Assembly (NCBI GenBank): GCA_964057225.1
Contig: OZ059898.1
Coordinates: 7,626,001-7,690,000, forward strand
Direction of reading: 5' to 3'
Source: Auanema rhodensis
Taxonomy: Eukaryota; Animalia; Nematoda
DNA length: 64,000 nt
Both the position numbers and the translations under genes were made by a program. Shown piece after piece: positions 14,708-28,600 of the stretch (its first letter is position 1; each line of letters begins with the position of its first letter). The notes under the pieces are model-generated. The model was not told the origin of the DNA. It ran no database searches and worked only from the letters and a program-made list of their open reading frames with translations.

Positions 14708-17700
14708 ATGTCTATTGACTCTGATATCGAAAACAATTCTACTAAAAAGTGAGAAAATAGGTTTCATTGCAAATCGTTTTTATACTGTTGCTATAGATCC
14801 AAGAGTTCACGAAGGGAAAGCAAGTGCTCAAACACCCAGGTGAGATTAGATCTGCACATCTAGATAACTGCATAATTCAGAGAAAGTCAAATGAGTTCCA
14901 CAAAAGCAGAGGTGGAATTAAACGAAAATATGAAAATGTATTTAATTGTTTTATTTTCTTTTAGTAAAAAGTCATGTTTAAGGACACAGATGAGAAAGAA
15001 GATGAACAAAATAATATTAGTGAGAAAGGCAAAGTAAAACGAGTCAAGCTGAGTGTTTGTTTTCAAATTTTATTCCATTGAAGAAATTGAAATAATTGTA
15101 GAATTCTTCGGGGAGAGATGAAATAAAACAATCTTCTGTAAATGAAACTATTACTGATGAGGGTTCTGATGATTCTCCTCTTATATTTTTCAAATCAAAG
15201 GTAAAATTTTATTATAGTTTTCTACCACCCCTCCGCCATGAATGAACAATCATAGAAGAACAGTTTTTTCAATTTATTCATTTTTTCTTGCAAACCAAGC
15301 TTAACTTTAGGATAATATAATAATGTCCAAAATGTGTCATTTGCTTCAGAAATCTGGCTTCACTTCACAAAATAAGAAGAACACGGCAGATTCTGATTCC
15401 GAAAATGAGGAAGAAAAGGACTTGAAAAGAGGTGTTTCTGAGGAGAAGTCGGCTTCTGCCCAGAAGGTGTGTGAGGTGACTTGTGTCCAAAAAAATTAAT
15501 AATTTCAGAAGGAATCTCCTGTCACGAAGAAAAAATCAATTTCGAAAGAAATGATTACGTCAGACGATGATTCTGACGACGATAATTTGGCTACATTAGC
15601 CAAGAAAGGGAGTGACTTGAAAGTATTTATATTTTCTTAGTTTTATTAATACTTACCCAAGTTTAGAAGCAGCAACCGGCTGTCCAAAAATCAAAAAAGA
15701 ATGATACAAATGTGCGAAGATCTAAGAAAATATCTGATTCTGATTCCGAAAATGAGGAAGAAAAGGACTTGAAAAGAGGTGTTTCTGATGAGAAGTCGGC
15801 TTCTGCCCAGAAGGTGTGTGAAGTGACTTGTGTCCAAAAAATTAATAATTTCAGAAGGAATCTCCTGTCACGAAGAAAAAATCAATTTCGAAAGAAATGA
15901 TTACGTCAGACGATGATTCTGACGACGATAATTTGGCTACATTAGCCAAGAAAGGGAGTGACTTGAAAGTATTTATATTTTCTTAGTTTTATTAATACTT
16001 ACCCAAGTTTAGAAGCAGCAACCGGCTGTCCAAAAATCAAAAAAGAATGATACAAATGTGCGAAGATCTAAGAAAATATCTGATTCGGATTCCGAAAATG
16101 AGGAAGAAAAGGACTTGAAAAGAGGTGTTTCTGATGAGAAGCCGGCTTCTGCCCAGAAGGTGTGTGAAGTGACTTGTGTCCAAAAAAATTAATAATTTCA
16201 GAAGGAATCTCCTGTCACGAAGAAAAAATCAATTTCGAAAGAAATGATTACGTCAGACGATGATTCTGACGACGATAATTTGGCTACATTAGCCAAGAAA
16301 GGGAGTGACTTGAAAGTATTTATATTTTCTTAGTTTTATTAATACTTACCCAAGTTTAGAAGCAGCAACCGGCTGTCCAAAAATCAAAAAAGAATGATAC
16401 AAATGTGCGAAGATCTAAGAAAATATCTGATTCTGATTCCGAAAATGAGGAAGAAAAGGACTTGAAAAGAGGTGTTTCTGATGAGAAGCCGGCTTCTGCC
16501 CAGAAGGTGTGTGAAGTGACTTGTGTCCAAAAAAATTAATAATTTCAGAAGGAATCTCCTGTCACGAAGAAAAAATCAATTTCGAAAGAAATGATTACGT
16601 CAGACGATGATTCTGACGACGATAATTTGGCTACATTAGCCAAGAAAGGGAGTGACTTGAAAGTATTTATATTTTCTTAGTTTTATTAATACTTACCCAA
16701 GTTTAGAAGCAGCAACCGGCTGTCCAAAAATCAAAAAAGAATGATACAAATGTGCGAAGATCTAAGAAAATATCTGATTCTGATTCCGAAAATGAGGAAG
16801 AAAAGGACTTGAAAAGAGGTGTTTCTGATGAGAAGCCGGCTTCTGCCCAGAAGGTGTGTGAAGTGACTTGTGTCCAAAAAATTAATAATTTCAGAAGGAA
16901 TCTCCTGTCACGAAGAAAAAATCAATTTCGAAAGAAATGATTACGTCAGACGATGATTCTGACGACGATAATTTGGCTACATTAGCCAAGAAAGGGAGTG
17001 ACTTGAAAGTATTTATATTTTCTTAGTTTTATTAATACTTACCCAAGTTTAGAAGCAGCAACCGGCTGTCCAAAAATCAAAAAAGAATGATACAAATGTG
17101 CGAAGATCTAAGAAAATATCTGATTCTGATTCCGAAAATGAGGAAGAAAAGGACTTGAAAAGAGGTGTTTCTGATGAGAAGTCGGCTTCTGCCCAGAAGG
17201 TGTGTGAAGTGACTTGTGTCCAAAAAATTAATAATTTCAGAAGGAATCTCCTGTCACGAAGAAAAAATCAATTTCGAAAGAAATGATTACGTCAGACGAT
17301 GATTCTGACGACGATAATTTGGCTACATTAGCCAAGAAAGGGAGTGACTTGAAAGTATTTATATTTTCTTAGTTTTATTAATACTTACCCAAGTTTAGAA
17401 GCAGCAACCGGCTGTCCAAAAATCAAAAAAGAATGATACAAATGTGCGAAGATCTAAGAAAATATCTGATTCTGATTCCGAAAATGAGGAAGAAAAGGAC
17501 TTGAAAAGAGGTGTTTCTGATGAGAAGTCGGCTTCTGCCCAGAAGGTGTGTGAAGTGACTTGTGTCCAAAAAATTAATAATTTCAGAAGGAATCTCCTGT
17601 CACGAAGAAAAAATCAATTTCGAAAGAAATGATTACGTCAGACGATGATTCTGACGACGATAATTTGGCTACATTAGCCAAGAAAGGGAGTGACTTGAAA

Positions 17701-18947
17701 GTATTTATATTTTCTTAGTTTTATTAATACTTACCCAAGTTTAGAAGCAGCAACCGGCTGTCCAAAAATCAAAAAAGAATGATACAAATGTGCGAAGATC
17801 TAAGAAAATATGTGATTCTGATTCCGAAAATGAGGAAGAAAAGGACTTGAAAAGAGGTGTTTCTGATGAGAAGCCGGCTTCTGCCCAAAAGGTGTGAAGT
17901 TATTTTCGAAAATATGATATTCTGTGTTTTAGAAGAAAAACCCAAATAGCTTCGATCGCAAAAATGAATGTACCTCAGAAAAAAGTTATGCATCAAAACA
18001 TCAGGTTCTGTTCAAAACTGTTTACTTTAATTTTGTATTTATTTAGTCAATTAAAAAGCTTGTGGATGATATTCAAAGATCTGATTCCGATAGTTCTATC
18101 AGTAGTGTAGAAGATACAATTCCTTTCAAGAAAAATAAAGTTAGCGTTTTAATTTAACTCTTTATGTGTATCCTTATTTACTAAGGATAACACTGAAGAA
18201 ATTAAAGATGGAAAGTCTGACGATTTAAGTTCTGATTGCTCGAATTCAAGCTCAGCTATAGAAGAATTGAAGCAGGTTTCATATTCTAATGATTCAATAT
18301 TCCACATTTTAACATTCAGAACAAGAGCTTCGATAAAAATAAGGAGGAAAGTGCAAAAAAGGTATTTTTTCTTTCGTAAGATAAATCTTATATTTATTAT
18401 GTATTAGCATCCTGCTGAACTTAGGCTAGCTAAATTGAAAAAAATAGTTTTTGCAGCGGGGTTCAGGTTAGTATTAGTACAGCTATATAATATTTTGTTC
18501 TTATGTAGATTGAATTATAAAAAAATGTTTGCCGACATTACCGAAGTAAAAAGACAAATTAAAATTTTGGAACAACAACTAATGGATAAAGGATTAAAAC
18601 GTTAATTAGAGTTTAAGAAAACACTTAATGTTAAATGTTTAGCTCCCTACACATTGGAAGGAGCGAAGTCATATAAATTACAGAAAGAAGAAGATTTTGA
18701 ATTGACCGAATTAGCAAAAAATGAAATTTTTGAAAGTTCAGAAAGTAGTATGTTTTGTTTCACTCGTCTAAACTTTGCTGTTCTTATACCAGAAAGAAGA
18801 GTTACTCGAAGCCAACGTGATCACGTTGAAGTTATAAAACCCAAGAAAGTTCTGTTGTCTAGTGACGAAGAAGAGGAAGAAGTTGAAAAACCCAACTTTA
18901 GTTTTAGCCATTTGTCAGGCATTGTGGATACTGAAGCATCAGATTAA
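14708..18947 (+). CDS. HIRIP3-like acidic/basic low-complexity protein with a C-terminal CHZ-type histone-chaperone region, expanded by an internal tandem array
   Basis: C-terminal exons read HPAELRLAKLKKIVFAAGFRLNYKKMFADITEVKRQIKILEQQLMDKGLKPPYTLEGAKSYKLQKEEDFELTELAKNEIFE..RRVTRSQR, which resembles the conserved HIRIP3 C-terminus. The N-terminal part is S/D/E/K-rich. Confidence 0.7.
15389..17896 (+). repeat. Tandem array of 346/347-bp units (about 7.2 copies); each unit is a 147-nt exon, 41/42-nt intron, 114-nt exon and 44-nt intron
   Basis: The 147-nt exon starts at 15667, 16013, 16360, 16707, 17053, 17399 and 17745. Copies are nearly identical. Confidence 0.97.
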
Positions 18948-21900
18948 TGATTTTTTTAATCATCAATATATATTCAATTTATTTTATTCCACGAACCGAA
19001 ATACTTTTTAGTTTTTTTCTTATATTTATATTTATAATTCTTAATTCTTCTTTTTTTATTTGATTTAACATTTTTATAAATGAGTAACATATAAATTGTT
19101 TGTCTTCATGATCAATTTTCTTTATAGTCGTGACATTGAAAAGTTTGAATTACCAAAAATATCATTTCAAAACCTTTGGTTTTCTTTTTATTTTGTGTTG
19201 TATTTAGTGACAAAAAAAATATTTGTTTCAAATATCAACCAATAAAAAGAAACGACAACAATTGAAAAAAATTAATGAAGCTCAACAATAGACGAAAGGT
19301 GCAACAATGAGATTTGCTGAAAGAATTCTTTGTATAGACCGCCAGGATTGTTAAAGTTCTAATATACAGGTCAGTTCTTCTACAAATACTCTTTTCTATG
19401 AACGTTCCATGTACTTTATTGGTTTTCCTTCCACTTATTCTTCATCGTTTGTAGAATATGCTGCATCTCGTTTCTGTTCTCTTTCTCCTTGTACACATTT
19501 TTTTGTGAAAATGATGTCGTTATCCGATATAGTCATCATCATCTTGTTCAGAGCAATTGTCCAGCTAAATTAGGCAATAGACAAAAACAAGAGACAAATT
19601 GCTGACCGTGTTGGTCATTATGGTATATTCTACACCACAGACGCTCAGATCCAAATCAACTGACTCCTCACTATAATTATGTAGAAAATACGCTCCTCGG
19701 TACACCGGTAGAATCGAGGCCATTCCGAGTATTGAAAAGAGCACATCGCTTCGTAGGGATATTTTTGGACAAGAGATAGGCAGGCTGTTATAAGAGTTTC
19801 TACAGCAGTACTAGACCTTGGATGACCCTTAATAGTAGTAGGAAATACCTGAAAAACAGATACCGCTCTTTTGAAAAAAAATAGCGAAGGTGAGGAGAGA
19901 TACATACAGAAATGCTGACCCTATATGTATCGTTTTGTTTGGATGGCTCATTTATTCATAAAAACAATTGTATACAAGTGCTCAACGATCTTATGCCTTG
20001 CCTAGGCAATGCTATGAAATGAACAAGTGTGCTTGAGGTTATCAGTATTATAAAGTCCATATTGTTCCCAATATTTCTTCATAATTTTTCATCTTTCTAT
20101 ATCTTTAGGACTAGAAACAAAGCTAGTTACCGTACTTTCCAATATATATATACACATACACACATACATATATACATATATATTCGTTATACTTCCGAAA
20201 TCCCTTATTTAGATACCTTGATCTTTTCATAATCTGTAAGCTTCGTATACTCTTTTCATATGGAATTTATAACTTTGTAATATACATCTTCAATTACATT
20301 GCATTTCAAATATTTTTGAAACTATGCTCATTACCGTTTTAGGTTCATCTATATACGTGAAGAAAAGCAAATGTTTTCTAATAATCCCAGATTCATCTGG
20401 CAACATATTGTCAATTTTCCGAGTGAACTGTCACGGTTTCCGCGCGAACTTTGTGCCGGTCACCTCCGGAAATGAGAAAAACCTCATGAAGGTCGTCCTG
20501 TAACCAATTGTCTATCTGTCTGCTGTCTCTATCAAATCGTTCTTTCTATTCTATTCTCACCTTGTTGTCCTCAACCTATTGCTAGCCACAAATCATCCTT
20601 AAAAGCTCCGCCCCTTTTACCATTTACATATCTATCCAATAGATGAACATATTCAAACTTGGTATTGATGAGATTCATGAGTATGTATCTAGATCATATT
20701 CAAGACATTTTAGTTGAATCGTATTGAATGATTTGGCGATGTTGGTATATTCCTTTAATTTTCTAAAAGTTTTTTATTAAATTTGGAATGATATCCAAAT
20801 TATTTGTATATGTTTATCAAGTTATAGTTGTTCTTATTTAACTCCATGAATACTAATGGTAAAACAAAAAAAAATTGTTTTTGTATACTTTTGGTGATTT
20901 CCAAGTTATTCATGTATGTAGCATTTCAAATCAAATTATAAGCAATATGTTGAGATATGAACAATCATATCTTATTCGAAGTTTGTTCACTCTTTTCATT
21001 CTTGATCTATAATATATCTCTTTGGCTAGTTATAGACAGGCATGAAGAACGTCTGCTGTTGCTGGTTATTCACGGCAAGCCCCTACAGCCTTTTGCACCA
21101 ATCCACACCTGTCTTTATCGGGACATCTGCCACCAGCAGTCGACCTGCCCTAACATCATGATGAGAACTATATCCTCTACGTCTCTATCAAAGCTTTTCT
21201 TGTTATTCAAGCAATTTTTCTTGACTTGACCTCATCATCTAACCACAGCTTCATCAAATCGGTGCAGCAGCTTCGTATTCTTGATCATGTAATCTGGTCA
21301 AGCATGGCACTTCTACCCTTCTGTTATTTAGAATATTCAATCATCCAATTTGTTTTTGTTTCTCCATGTGCTTTTCTAATATATATTTTCGTTTTCTCCG
21401 AATAGCTTCATTTTAATATTTATTTTGTTGTTGATTTATTTATTTTCTCATTATTCTTTATAATATATACGAATTTCTCAAAGTTTGCTTTGTGTATATT
21501 TTCATTTGTCGGCTTGAGATGTTGCATGAAAAACTTGTAGTTCTTTTTTATGATTAGTAAGAACTACAGTGATGTTCACATACTACATGAAGGTCGTCTA
21601 GCCAAAGTATGAAAATAGTTGTGTGAGAATGTTTGGAAACAGTCTAATAATTCTTATTATTCCTTATTCATTTTACTCTTCCGTCTTATTTGTATTTGTG
21701 CCAATCTATTGAAACAAATATACATAAGATAGCTTCATGTCGAATGATCAACGGGCTCACAACAAGAGCATATACCTCTAATCGGATTAAGCAAGTGGGT
21801 TTGATGATGGTCATCTCAGGACATTAACTGCTCTTTCTGATATCTGTTTCCTCATATGGCATTATTCATCCCTCATATCTCTTGTTTATTCAATTTCTCC

Positions 21901-22682
21901 CTCTTCTCATCTTTGTATTATTTTTTTCCTCATCATTCACATCTTCTTCACCTCTTAGAACCTTGTACAGTCCCAGGTGATGAAGAAGGTGGGCGGAGCA
22001 AATAACACGCCTTTTCTATGTTTATTTGGCCTATTACCGTCTTGTATTTCTTAACCTATCATGAGATTTTCTTATCATTCTTCTAAAAAAACTTTAATTC
22101 ATCAAATATTTTTGTTAAAATTTTCTTTTTTTTCAATTCAAAAGTCTAAATTATTCTTTCATAGTGACCCTTGACGGCTGCTATCCAATGGATAATATGA
22201 ACGTTCAAACACACAGCTGGCTAATTCATATGTTAATTGCTCTTTGGCGTTAAGTTCACGTGCATGGTTATATACATGTTTTACGTGAACCGGCCACGCC
22301 ACGCATGATCTAGAAGGGACGTTTGCAATGCTCCGTTGATTCATTTTGCATATCTTTTCCATTTTCTCACACATTAATCTAAAAAATTTTTCTATTTCCC
22401 AAGTAATGACTCTAAGCTTGTCTCATCTTCATTCATTGAGACAAGTTCGAACTTTTCTTCTATTCAAAGGGCGTTTTTCTCTGTCCAGTATTAACAACCT
22501 GTACGAATAATTTTTTGCAACTTTTTTCATTCTCATAATTTTCTATTTCAATCAATTTTCATTTCATTTTTTTTTACAACTTGTCTATGCTCTTATTCTT
22601 ATTTGTATCATAGTTTATGAACTATTTTTCAGAAATTATTTAATTTTCTACTAACTATTAGAATGAGTTGGTCGAGACATCA

Positions 22683-25600
22683 ATGAATTCTTATTATTCA
22701 ATTTCACTAATGAAACATGCTATTGAATTACAAGTCATATTCCTGATTTTCTTGTCATTCTCACATCTAGCTGTAGCAGTATTTCATGAGACCGTGACAA
22801 ACTTTACAGTTCTTGAAGGTAATATACTAGATATTCTCTTTTTAAAAATTGATTTCATATACGAAGAATACATTTTTCATGCGCATATTTCATGAAAGCT
22901 ATATATATATATATACGTATCCGTAGAGATTTAATTGACTGTTTGACCAATGCAAAACTAGAACTGCTGACCAGATTTGTCATTGTCAGCAAATTGTTGC
23001 AAGTAGTCAAGCATAAACTAGTGAACCAAATTTTGTTGGGAAAAATGCGGATTTCCATTTTACCGAAAAAAGTGAAATTATGTGTTTTCGATTTCAAAAA
23101 AAAAAGGATCTAAAAATGCTTTGAGTAATGATTGCTTGATCCTTATTTTAAATAATAATAATTATTTATAATTATAATACAGGTACTAGCATTGGCACTA
23201 CAATTGGCAGGTTACAGCTAAGCTCAGATCGAACATATCGAATATCAGGAAAGACTCAACCTTTTGGAGTTGATTTGAAATCTGGACGTGTATGGAAATA
23301 TATAAAATAAGAAAAAAAGTATAATTTATAATTTACAGGTATATATATCTGAAGAAGTAGATAGGGAACAAGCTGATATCATTAATGGCACAGTAACATT
23401 TCTCATTATCTCAACATCACCACCATCTATTCATCATGTATTCTTGCATATTCTGGATATTAATGATAATTCACCCTATTTTCCATTACCATTTCAAGTG
23501 AGTTTAGTTTCCTCTATTTCGTTCATTTTTTTTGTCTCAAAACACTATCCCAGCTTTATTTTGTCCTTGACAGCTAAAGTGGTGATTTTTTTCTGCGAAA
23601 ATGGTCAGTCTGTTGACATCTTATGATGCTCAGATTATTTCGTCTGTTCACCACGTCATTTTACATCAACTTGACGGCACGTCAATCTGAGGTGACGATG
23701 TCATCGTTTTGCATATCCTCATTCAATATCAATTAGTTTGACTCATTTTTGGACCATTGCAAAGATGTTTACGTGGGATGAATAGAATGATCTATGTCTT
23801 CAATGAATGTAGTTCTGGGATCAATTTTAATAGAAAAAAAACACAATAGCATAATACTATATAATAATTTTAATTTAAATTGAACTGCCTCATTTTCAGA
23901 ATTTGTCAATTGTGGAGATGTCGCCGATCGGTAGTAGAATACCTATTTTACCGGCATCGGATCCAGATGAAGGATTAAACGGAACAATTGTTTCCTATTC
24001 TCTGTCACCTGAAGGAACTTTCGGTTTAGTATATCAACCAACTGATTCAGAAGGTGATTTGCTATATCTGGAATTGTTAACAACTCTGGATCGGGAACAA
24101 GCTTCAAGCTATAGATTCAATCTAACAGCAACTGATGCCGGTACACCGTCGAGGTAAAAATAATATTTTCTATATACTATATCATATATGGTCATTTCTC
24201 AATTACGTTCGCAGAACGGATCACAATACTGCTTGTTTAACATCTAATTTTATATATTTTCTTATTCCTTTTGAATAATCCTCTTGATGGTTATGTAATT
24301 TCTTTTATATCTGACCTAGGTTAATACGTGCTCCACATGTCGGGTGGCACGGATTAAGCACGTAATACTATTATGTAGCTGCATACCGTATTCGATTTTA
24401 CAGAAATATAGTTTACAACCTATTCGTAATCGCACGCGTCACGATCTAGCATATTCATTTCTTTCATCTAGACTCTTTCTCTCTTCTTCTCTCGTTATTT
24501 TTCTCTCTTTCTCTCACTCTCTCACTTTATCTCTTTTTTTTGCTTGTCTTTCACTACATCATCATATTCTTCTATTGCAACCTACCAAAAACGAAATAGA
24601 AAGTCTATGAAATGAGGGAAGAGTTGCATGAATTGCCCGATTAGCAAATTAGTGCCGTACACGAGACATTTTTTTTCAAAGAAAATGTGGCTGTATTCAT
24701 ATTGAATCTCATTAGTCATAGACAATCAGTTAGTTTTCAAATAAATTCCATATGAATTACGGATCGTCTGACCTTATTATAATAGCTTTTTCTATATGAA
24801 AATGAGCTATAGTTACATAATAACCTTGAACTAAATTATAATATAAGAAACAAAAATATATTTTATAAGTATTATATGAATATAAAGAATAACATTTATT
24901 TTTATTTATTTAATTTATATGATATAATTATGAATTTTAAATAATTTATTTATATGTTTCAGATCAGCAACAACAACCATATATGTTGAAGTTTTGGATG
25001 TTAATGATAATGCTCCAATATTTCATGAAAAAGAAATCAAAATTAATTGGAATGGTGAGAATAGTGTTTATTTCATATTTCATATTTTAAAATTTTTAGG
25101 CCATTCTGATGGAGTTATAGCATTAGTTGAAGCTACTGATGCAGATTCAGGTGCAAATGGAAGAATTACATATACAATACCTTCACCTATTGAATCTGAA
25201 TATTTTGAAATATTGAATGGCAATGAACTGCATGCCAAGGTAACAATCATTTTGTATATCTTAAGTATACATATGGAAAGAGGGAAAAGTGTTTGATTGA
25301 GACCTTTATAGAAGGACAACATTTTCTTTTTTTTTCTCTTGAATTTTCATAGTTTTTCATAGCAAGGTCATATCATAGATTTAACAACGAAAAAAAACTC
25401 GAGTACATTATTTCTTTTTTTAAATATGAATATAAGTACATATATTATTATTATTAGTATAACTATTCATGAAATATAATATAATTATATTAAATATAAA
25501 AACAGTTTATTTATATTTGATTATGGTATATAGTATATACCTACGACATATAATCAACTTGATTTTGTTTGTCAACCACTTCATCACATATGACAGCTGT

Positions 25601-28600
25601 ACTATTTTTTTAAAATAAATTATAATAGAAATACTATATTATCAATCATATTCTAATATAATTAATTATATTAAATGATAATAATAAGTAATTAAAAATA
25701 AAAAAAAAACAAATATAAACATGTATATTCATATATTCTAGATAAATCATCCATCAATTTGTACGACAACACCTAATGGAATAGATGAATGTTTGGTTAC
25801 TGTACGTGCCATTGATGGTGGAAGTCCACCATTATCATCATCGTTATTAGTTCATATAACTATAACATCTGATAATTTACATGATCCACAGATTCATATA
25901 AGGTATTACTTATATTGATTAAACTATTTTATGTAAAAGCTTTTGAATATTATTTTAGATTACAACCTTCAAATGTCGATTTTGCTGTCATTGACTCATA
26001 TGGTGATATTGGACGAACTGTTGCAGTTCTTACTGTAACTGATGAAGATGGCCCTTTAACAGGTTGAGTCTTCTTATAATTCTACATATAATTATACTTT
26101 CAATTTTATTAGATAAATCAACATTAGAAATAATTGGAGGAAATGAAGAGAATGTTTTCAGTTTACTTGTTCAAAAACAATTTTCCATATTGCGTTTGCA
26201 TAGAAAACGTTTGTTATAGTCATTTATTTATTAATATATTCATATTAATTTGATTTTAGCAGATGATACTTTACCAACGCTATTTGAGCTTATATTTCGC
26301 GCTTCGGATGGCCAGGTGCCATCTAGATCAAGTCAACGAGCTCTTCGTATTTATCGACAAACTACTTCGGGGGCTCAGATGTCTGATGATGGTAGCTTAT
26401 GGAGCATTCGAGATATACAGCTAAGGTCAACTCCGTCGGATCAAGTACATGTAGCTGAGGATGCCCCAATTGGCTCCTTCGTATCTCTCATATCAGCTAA
26501 TATCACAGGATGCCAATTTCAAATAGTTACATCAGATATTCCATTTGTTATTGATTCTGAAAATGGCGTAATCACCACTTCATCTCTTCTATATACAACA
26601 TCAAAATGGAAATATGAAGTTGAATTATCAGTTTTACCTCCTCCACCAGCAATACGACCTCTAAGCACTTTCATTACAATATCTGTGGATGATGTTAATG
26701 ATCATGCTCCTGTATTCAATAATATTCCTGCAATCATAAAGATTCCAGAAGATACAGAAGTTGGAACAGAAATATGGAAATTTCAAGTATTTGATGAGGT
26801 TTGATAAAACTTTTTTTTATAAAATAACAATCAATTATTTTTAAGGATAAATCTGATAATGCTCAGTGGACAGTTGATATTATTCCTTCTGAATCATCAG
26901 ACTATTTTCGTTTAAGTCCGACATCTTCTAATACATTTGATCGTCTTAAACGAAACGAAGAACTTAAATCAACCGCTAAAGATGTTCGTCTGATTCTTCA
27001 AAAGCCTGTAGACTTTGAGAAAATAAATCAAATGTCTATTGAAATACGAGCTACAGATAGTGGACGTCTTACATCAACAGCTACTATACATATCCATATA
27101 CTTGATATTAATGATAATCGTCCTGAATTTACATGTCATCATGTTTATACAACAATCCCATCTAATGCTGAGATCGGAGCAGACGTTATTCGTTTAGAGG
27201 CTACAGATTTGGATAAAGTTAGCGCTAAGAGTATACGATACATCTTAACTTCTGGATCTATGTCTGTATTCAATATTGATTCCATTTCTGGAGAAATTCG
27301 TAAGATTTCAGACACTACAGAATCCTTATATACGGTATGTGGTTTACAATATATTATTAAATATAACAATTTATTTTATAGCTTCAAGTAACTGCTTTAG
27401 ACGAAGGTCTTTTAGCTTCATCTGAGAATTGTACAGTTCATATTAGAATTACTAAATCAGATGATCATATTCCTTATTTGGATGTTAACTCAGAAATCAA
27501 TTTGAAAGGAAACATTGCCGTGGGACAGACAATTGGACATCTTAAAACAGTTAGATTTTTGAAAATTAACACTAAAATATGAAAATTGATTTTCCAGAAT
27601 GTCACAAAAATAACTTCAACAACTGATGTTATTAGTGTTTCATCTGATGGCCGTTTAATTCTTAAAAAACGAATTATAAAACCAATTGGTGCTAGTATAT
27701 TAGCTCATCAAGATGATATTATAATATCGAAATGTCTAAAAATTACACCAGAAGAAGCATCATCTGCACCTTATTTCGTTAAGCGTTCATCAATCATTGA
27801 ACTTCCAAATCCTGTAATAATTGGTCAACCATTACTTCAAGTATAGTTATATATTTAAAAAAGTTTTCTTTAATTATATGTTAAGGTAATGGCATGTTCA
27901 TCCAATGATTGTGTATATACTACAACATGTATGATGCTTAACATTGAAAAGGATGGATTAATTCGTTTTAAATCTGATATTTCTCTTGCTGATCATATAA
28001 AATGCAATATCCAAGCAAATGATTCTCTTGGTCGATCAGATATTATGGAAATTGATGTTAAAAGATCAACATCTGATGAATCAAAAGTAAATATATAATT
28101 AATATAATTAATATAATATAATATTCATTCAGATTTTAAATCTTCGCCGTGCTTATCACTTCAGTATTTATGAAAATTCAACCTTAGGCACTATATTTGG
28201 AGCTCTTCCTAATAGCACATCATATATTTATCGTCCAAAACTTGAACATTCTGTATCCATTACTGATATTCCTATTGGATTATTCCCTGATGGTGTGTTA
28301 TATGTTCGACGTCGTCTGAATCATCATCTTCAACAACATTTTCGTTTAACAATCGAAGCTATTAATCGAAAAACGAATAGTACATATATAACTAATGTTA
28401 TAATTAATATAATTGATGTTAATGATCATTCACCATCTTGTCAAATGAATACATTCCAAATTCAGGTATAACTCATTATATTTATTAATTTAAAATATTA
28501 TTATATGTTTAGGAAAATATGCCAATAGGTACTGTAATTGGAAATTTGATAGCTGAAGATTTGGATTACGGTCGAAATGCTATTCTTCGTTTCGAACTTC

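Noticed and set aside
15389-17896. CRISPR-like or satellite interpretation of the 346-bp array
   Set aside because: There are no unique spacers, and the units are spliced coding exons of the surrounding gene.
19645-22374. Short ORFs upstream of the cadherin
   Set aside because: No recognisable domains or coherent exon chain; lengths are compatible with chance.
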